NCBI GenBank assembly: GCA_951406725.2
Contig: OX597831.1
Span: forward strand, 78,244,001-78,308,000
Length of the DNA: 64,000 nucleotides
Direction: 5' to 3'
Origin: Octopus vulgaris
Taxonomy: Eukaryota
The translations under genes were made by a program, and so were the position numbers. Below are positions 53,193 through 64,000 of the stretch, in pieces. Every line of letters begins with the position of its first letter. Positions within the stretch are counted from its first letter, which is position 1. A model generated the notes under the pieces. The model was not told where the DNA came from, did not search any database, and saw nothing but the letters and a program-made list of their open reading frames with translations.

Positions 53193-54269
53193 TCGTTTTG
53201 GAGTTTTCCTTCTCAGAGATTGATTGCTTTCAACTCAGATAAGGATCTCAATCTACCCTTACAAAAATCTTTTTAACCCATAGATGTTACCCCGACACGT
53301 ACTACCGTTCCAGGTCAGAATGAAGGTGGAAGTAACGGTAATTAGGGGATCACACCACCCTCTCAACAACTCCAGAACGCCCATGCTGGAGTCTCACTAC
53401 TGGATGAAGTTTAACGACGTCAATCTCAGGACATAATTTGTCAATTGAACGTGGCGAGCTGGTAGAATCGTTAGCGCGTCGAACAAAATGCTAACGGCAT
53501 TGGCGTCTCCTCCGGCACTTACTTTTCTGAGTTCAAATACTGCTTTTGCCAACTATGCTTTGATTCTTTCGCAGCTGAAAAAGTAAAGAACCAGTCAAAT
53601 AGTAGGGTCGATGTAAACGTCTTACCCTCTCTCGTCGGCATTACTAGTCCTATGCCAATAAATTTGGCATTGGGGGAAGAATTGTTGCTCTCATTTCTAC
53701 TCTTCTCAAAGAGGAAAAGTAAACTTGGAGCCCAATTTGCACTGAAATGGAACCCATGCAGGGCAACAAGCTTCTTCTCTTTGCCCTCTAAAACGTGTCT
53801 TTTTTAAAGATGATGGCAGGTGAAGCGAAAAATATTTGGTTGCTATTTCTAGTAAGTCGAATGTACTGGAAATAAGAACGTAGTTGATTGTATGCATGCC
53901 ACACACCACAGAAGGTACTGGAACGTCTTGGCAAGCTGAGTCTTGGACACAGGGAGGGCATCAGACTAATGATGATGATTATCTTGGTATATTCAACCAC
54001 TTACTCTATAAATCAACGATCAGGTAGCTATGTTGATCAGAAAGGAAAAATTTATACTTATCGTCGCACTCGATGGAGATCCATTGCTGTCTGGATATAC
54101 TGTATTCTCTCTTCAGATTTGTTTTTGTGTGGTGCATATTTTCCGAGTCAATTCTGGTTCACCCCTCCTAAAACACAGATACACGAACAAGCGATGAGGT
54201 GCAGTACACATATTCGTTGCCCCGAATATAACTGGTACTTCGTCAATTACGACGGCGATAGTTCCAATT

Positions 54270-54545
54270 GACTCGATCACCTGGAACAGCCTGCTCGTGA
54301 AATTAATATGCAAGTGGCTGAGCACTACACAGACACGCGTCACATTTAGCGTAGTACTCTGGGGGAGCCAACGTGGCACAGAATGTGACAAGGCTGGCCC
54401 TTGTAAATTACAGGTATATCTCACTTTTGCCATCTGAGTGGACTGCGATCAACGTGAAAATAAAGTTTCTTGCTCAAGGACACAACGCGACTCTGGGAAT
54501 CGAAACCATAACCTTACAATTGTGACCGAATACGCTTGCCACCAA
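54270..54545 (-). mobile_element. tRNA-derived SINE
   Basis: Minus strand: GGTTTCGATTCCC...TCCTTGAGCAAGAAACTTTATTTTCACGTTG..CAGTCCACTCAG. Confidence 0.65.
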
Positions 54546-55309
54546 CCCGTGCGTTTTCCCTGCTCTAAATACAACACACCCTGAGCTAACTGACAGGCAA
54601 ACATACAGCACGCACATTCTGTTACGCTGAAGTTAATTTATTGCCGTGATGGCATGTAGCGCCCTCTTCAGGCATGACCAAACAGGTCAGTTGCTGGGGA
54701 GCATCACTGGTCAAGGAGATCAGTTCTAATGCTGTGGCTTGCGAGCAATAAATAAATACGATCTGGCCGAGTGCATCCATTTGCCCAAGGAGGTGCGGGG
54801 TCGAAATACTTCTCTGACGGCCCTGGTGGTGTACGAGCCTGTGAAGAGCATTTGTGGTGGTTTACTTACGCGTAATAGTTCCGCCCTCAATTAGGACCAA
54901 ACCGAGCGAGATACAGCTGTGGGAGATTATATCTGCTTACCAGAGACCAGCCACCCGTGGAAATAGGTTTCTCATGAAGACGGGTGGAGAACCGTGTATT
55001 TGGTATGTCGACTGCTGGGCCGTGTATTTCTAATTAGTAACACGATATAGTCAGTATAGAGTGTGCTTACACACGCATACACACTCACACGCACACACAC
55101 ACACACACACACACACGCACAAACATTCGCGTGCGGGCGCACATATAGGCTTGCATATTTGTATATATATATATAGATATAGTTGTGATTAAGACGTTCG
55201 CCTCAAAACCACGTCGTTCCGGGTTCAATGTCGCTGCGTTGTTGCGTCTTGGATAAATGTTACCCATTACAACATCGAGTATGTGTATATGTTGGTGTGG
55301 TTATATATA

Positions 55310-55512
55310 TATGACCACGTGTGTACCGTTGGTGATTTATTTCCCTCTGTCTTCCCTTCTCTGGATCTTTCCTTCTCCTATGTTTCCGACGAAGAGCTCC
55401 GCTCGAAGCGTTAAACCCTCCTTCTTTCCTTCTTTACTGAGCGTCCAATAATACTATATTTGTTCCACGTCCTCGCGTTGTTGTGTTTTTTTTTATGCTT
55501 TCTTGTTTGAAT

Positions 55513-55517
<5 letters not shown>
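55310..55517 (+). mobile_element. Solo PLE terminal repeat with HHR-like motif
   Basis: gttt-CCGACGA-a-gagc-tcc-gctc-GAAGC-GTT^-aaac at 55382-55416. Confidence 0.7.
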
Positions 55518-55575
<58 letters not shown>

Positions 55576-55858
55576 GTGTCGTTATTCTACCAAATATATA
55601 CGTTTTGATTATTATTTTGCAATTTACTTAATCTTCGGTATATTATTATTAGTATTTTATTTTATAACATTTCTATTATATGTAATTTTCTAGATGGTGT
55701 AATTTAATTGTTCATTTTGAATTGCTAAAAGGTGTTTTATTCTAATTTTTATATATATTTAATATTTTGTGAAATTTGATTTAGTATTTCGAAATTGAAT
55801 TTTTCCCTGTAAGTTAGGAATAAATAATATTCCCTCAAATGATAATTATATATATATA

Positions 55859-55947
<89 letters not shown>

Positions 55948-55951
55948 GTAT

Positions 55952-56043
<92 letters not shown>

Positions 56044-56051
56044 GTATATAT

Positions 56052-59000
56052 TCAGTGTTTGGTCTCGCCCCCCACAATGGTCGCCCACTTTCCAGGCTCC
56101 ACTTGGAGCAACGCTACATCTTCACCCTACAAACTACCACCCCACACGGACTTAACACAGCCCCCTCCTCTTGAGATCCGCTCTTTTTTTTTTTTTTCCC
56201 GGATACACCACCCACACACACCCACCCACCTACCTCCCACACGCCTGTTCACACACACACATACGTAGACCCATCTACGTACATACATTCACACATTTAA
56301 TCACACACACTTATAGACATACATGCACACACTAACATACAAACCAACATGCACATACACACACACATACATACATACACACACACATACATACTTACAC
56401 ACACACACACACACACACAGACATACATACACACATACATACACACATACATACGCACATACATACACACACACTCACACACACACACCGCACGTACATA
56501 CTTCACACACACACACATGCACACATACATGTAGGCACACACATACATACATACCCACACATGCACACCCTTACACTGAATGCACACACACATACACCTT
56601 TTTGCATCCAGGCAGCCCCCCTCTTTTCTGCTTCCCGGTTTTGGCTGATGGATCCTCGGTTCCCGCGTAGCGGGGCGTTCGAGGCCCTTTGCGCTCGCGC
56701 GCCTTGGCGCGCGCTGGGGCTTGGTCGGCCCCTTGGGCTTGCGTTGTACTGCTTGTGCGTTGTGTGCGTGAGCGCGCTTCGTGTGTGTGGGCTTGCTTCG
56801 GATGTGCGCGTGCGTATGTATGCATACATACCCACACACTCGCATGCATCCCTACCCACATACATACACGCACACCTACTCAGACACACACATACACACA
56901 CACACATACCCGCACACACACACACATACATACATACACACACATACCTACTTCAGACATACACACACACAGACATACACCCATACACTCACACTCACAC
57001 GCATACACACACGCACATACACACGCACACGTACACATACACACACACACACACACACCTACATACATACATTACACTTGTATACACACACACTTACATT
57101 CATACACACACACACCTACACAGCCATACCCTCACTCAGACACACACACCTACCTACACACACACACAAACACACACAGACACACACCCATACATACATA
57201 CATCTACACACACGCCTACACACATACATACACACATACATAAACACACACACATACACATACACACACATACGCACACACACATATACTTATACACATG
57301 CACACACACACATACATACATACACCCATATACATACACACACACCTACATACTCCTATACGCACATACATACACACAGACATACACACATACACACTCA
57401 CACAAACATACACACACACATACTTACACACACACTCACCTGCACGCGCACACACATGCATGACAAACACCCATACACTCACACTCACATACGCACACAC
57501 CAACATAAACACGCACACGCACACACACACCTACACTCCCACACACATACACACGCACCTACATACACACACGCACGCATACACACGCACACACACGCAT
57601 ACACACATACATTACACACGTACACACACACCTACATACACATGCATACACACACACACACAAACATGCACGGACACACCCAGACATACATACATACACC
57701 TATATACACACGCCCACACACCTACATACACACACATATACACACGCCCACACACCTACATACACACACATACTACACACACATACACGGACACACCCAT
57801 ACATACTTACATACATACACCTATACACACACGCCTACACACACCTACATACACACACATGCATACACACACACACATGTACGCACATACACACACATAT
57901 ACGCACATACATATATACCCACACACATGCACACACACACACATACGCACATGCATGCATGCATGCACACGCGCACACCTACACGCATACACACACACAC
58001 GCACGTACACATACATACATACACACACGCATACATACACCCATACACATACATGCATCCTACACACACATACATACACACTCACACATACATACACACA
58101 CACACACTCACTCACACACCTGTATGTACGCGCACACACATGCACATACACACACTTCCACACACCCACACGTACATACATACACACTCATACACATACA
58201 CACACACACACACACACGGACATACATCTATGCACACACATATATACACACATACTCACATACATTCATCGGACACACTGACACCCAGACATACACACAG
58301 ACACACTCACACATCCACACACATACATACTTAACGCGCATACTCGCAGGCGCGCGCACACACGCGCTTGCGCCGGTTCGCGCACGCATACGCGCCGCAT
58401 GCACCTCGCTCTTGGACCCGACGAGACCTCCCGCTCGTTCCTGGGACCGTCGCTTGTCGTTGGGTTTTCCCACGCCCGTCTCCGCGGGACCACTCTTCCA
58501 TCTTCCCCTCAGCTGGAGTCCTTTTTCCTTAACCCCCCCCTTTTTTGTTACACACACGCGCACACATATACACACATTGCTTAAATATATACATTACTCT
58601 TACACACATTCAATCTACTCGCCATTAATACTACCACGACACTGGACACACACACACACTACTACTCAACACACGCTGGCACGCTACATACGCCCCACCC
58701 CTTCCCCTCCCTCCCTTCCTCCTTCCTTCTTTTTCTTACTACTGACCATTGTCTGCTATGCCTACCACTGTCTCGCCCTACCTCACACGCCTACACACAG
58801 ACGCACACACTAACACATACATATATTTTTTGTTTTTTTATCTCGCCTCACACACACACATACACACACGCACACGCACACACTCACACATACACACACA
58901 TCTGTTGCGTTACCAACCTTGTCTCCACTCTTTTGGCTAAAAAACCTACTTTGCTCTTGTTATCGTAAACTTCCGCCTTTCACCATGTGTAACTCGTAAA

Positions 59001-59194
59001 CACCAGTCCGTTTTTTTCTCTATCCCTGTTGCCCGCTTTGGGATCTTTCTTTCCTCTCTCTTCCTTCTTTATGTTTCCGACGAAGAGCTCCGCTCGAAAC
59101 GTCATACCTTCCTGCTTCCATTTCCTGAGCGCCTATTAATAATAATACTGTAATTGTTCCATTGTTGTTGTTTTTTTGTTTTCCCGTTTGGATT

Positions 59195-59200
<6 letters not shown>
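56052..59200 (+). mobile_element. PLE 3' fragment: endonuclease C-terminus, ~3-kb CA-rich UTR, terminal repeat with HHR
   Basis: [35 protein letters not shown] aligns by eye with SVFGLSLHNGHPDSRLRREQGLIFSLRSFTPFGLN of the 16-kb element; gttt-CCGACGA-agagctccgctc-GAAAC-GTC^ at 59073-59107. Confidence 0.7.
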
Positions 59201-59241
<41 letters not shown>

Positions 59242-59410
59242 CATACAGGCATATGTATATATTATACATATCTGTGTTTGTGCGTGTGTGTGTGTGTGTG
59301 TGTTTGAGTTTCCATTATAGTTGGAGAAGAGTTTATATTCAAAATTCATAAGTTATGTTGGCTCTCACATAATGCCACACTCATGTATGTATGTATGTAC
59401 GTATGCACGT

Positions 59411-59449
<39 letters not shown>

Positions 59450-59507
59450 CATACATACATAAGTACATGCGTACATACATACATACATACATACGTACAT
59501 ATATGCA

Positions 59508-59673
59508 TATAAGCTTTGTTGTGTCAAGTACTAGTTATCACAAAAGTATTAAAATAGAGTTATACATTCGTTGATAATGAGAAGAAAATGTTAAAAGCAG
59601 TTTACAAGAAAGTATTCAAGAACGGGACTACAATAAGTAATTTGAGTTCAATAAAAATCATTTTTGTGTGATA

Positions 59674-59717
<44 letters not shown>

Positions 59718-59986
59718 GGAATTTAAGAATTTAAGAATTTACAAAAAAAATGGAGAGGACTAACTGACCTGTCTGTAAATCCTTAAATATATCTCCTTCT
59801 GTGTATATATACTACCAAACAATCATGATTTTTGTTGAACTCTACGTTTTGGAGTCCCGTTCTTGAATACTTTCTTAAATATTTTCTTGTAAACTGTTTC
59901 TAACACTTTCTTATCATTATTAAACACTGTCTAACCGTATTTTAATGCCTTTGTGACAACCAGGACTTAACACAACGAAGCTTATT
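59508..59986. repeat. Old, diverged ~220-bp-arm inverted repeat
   Basis: ATAAGCTTTGTTGTGT...AAGAAAGTATTCAAGAACGGGACT... versus ...AGTCCCGTTCTTGAATACTTTCTT...ACACAACGAAGCTTAT. Confidence 0.8.
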
Positions 59987-60002
59987 TATACAAAGCTTTA
60001 CA

Positions 60003-60668
<666 letters not shown>

Positions 60669-60689
60669 TTTTGACAATCTTTTTCTAAA

Positions 60690-61003
60690 AGAGTGAAACC
60701 GGTCAAGTCAATAAACATCTTTAAATGTCCGTTGGAACTCTCATACTTCACTTCATAGCGAGGAGATGACAGAATATCGATAAAGAAATTTGAAAAGAAA
60801 ATACGAAACCGGTTATTTCTCCAAAAACAATGTTACTTTACTCAAAATTTGATAACATTTTCCAGACATAACGATTTACATACATTCTTTGACCATAAAA
60901 CACAAGTCTTCTGTAGTTTTTTCACTCTATTTTGTCTTTTTTTACATCCAACCCGATACTCTGTTACACGTTCCCGTTCGTCGGACGGTTTTTGTGCTTA
61001 CTC

Positions 61004-61007
<4 letters not shown>
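60690..61007. mobile_element. Probable DNA-transposon end fragment
   Basis: Ends in CGGACGGTTTTTGTGCTTACTCAGG-TA at a (TA)n; partner TIR not seen. Confidence 0.3.
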
Positions 61008-63485
<2,478 letters not shown>

Positions 63486-64000
63486 ATATTTAACAGAACA
63501 GTTGAATTTCCTCATAAGTCCTTTAGTTATGACGTCTTACGCATGCTCCTTCTTTCACAACAATCTCCAGCTGTTAGACACCAGGTTTTATCTGTAGATG
63601 CATAACAATGAGAATACATATCAATGGCCCTGTTTCGTAATGCAGCCATAATATATACAAGTATAATATATTAGGGGTCGCCTAACGAAACCCCTCGTCC
63701 CTGCAAGTTATTAATGGGTTTGATGTTCGAAACGCTGGGTATATTTTCTGCAAATGAAATAGCAGAATATTTTTATGTGTACATTATTTATATTATTTAC
63801 ATTGGACAGATTTATGAATTGCATTCCTTCGTAACACAGTGTAGGTAAAACAATATGCACCAGAGTCTTTATTCATCTGTTAAGTTACAACAAAGACCTC
63901 AGACAGATAATACTTTCCTTAAGATGTGTTCTGTCCCCAATAAGGCTGCTTTTTGCATAACATCAATCTTGCATGGGATTTCCAGTGGCCTTAAGAAGTC

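Noticed and set aside
56561-58813. 300-517-aa His/Thr-rich ORFs
   Set aside because: Stop-free CA-rich low-complexity sequence open in several frames
63541-63591. Possible 51-bp minus-strand exon (cag|...|gtaaga; KTWCLTAGDCCERRSM)
   Set aside because: Weak acceptor, no recognisable homology and no partner exons; needs RNA-seq

Overview
Repeat-saturated, AT-rich animal genomic DNA. The SINE families and microsatellite load point to an octopus or coleoid cephalopod (inference). I found no credible host protein-coding gene; most ORFs in the track are microsatellite translations. Recognisable elements are: a frameshifted, 3'-truncated Helitron (8.2-11.5 kb) and a non-autonomous Helitron; Penelope-like elements (PLEs), including a Neptune-type RT+GIY-YIG copy at 15.0-18.1 kb and 3' fragments of other families; an R4/Dong-type RLE LINE in (TAA)n; RTE and CR1-group LINE fragments; Tc1/mariner MITEs; and about 30 tRNA-derived SINE copies. 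The main signal is invisible to the ORF track. About 20 loci carry type I hammerhead ribozyme (HHR) motifs from many sequence families, usually in short (TA)n-flanked modules and often in fold-back inverted repeats. They include a ~494-bp tandem retrozyme-like unit and two HHRs with compensatory swaps of the C3-G8 core pair (G3-C8 and A3-U8). All folds were worked out by eye, and activity is untested.
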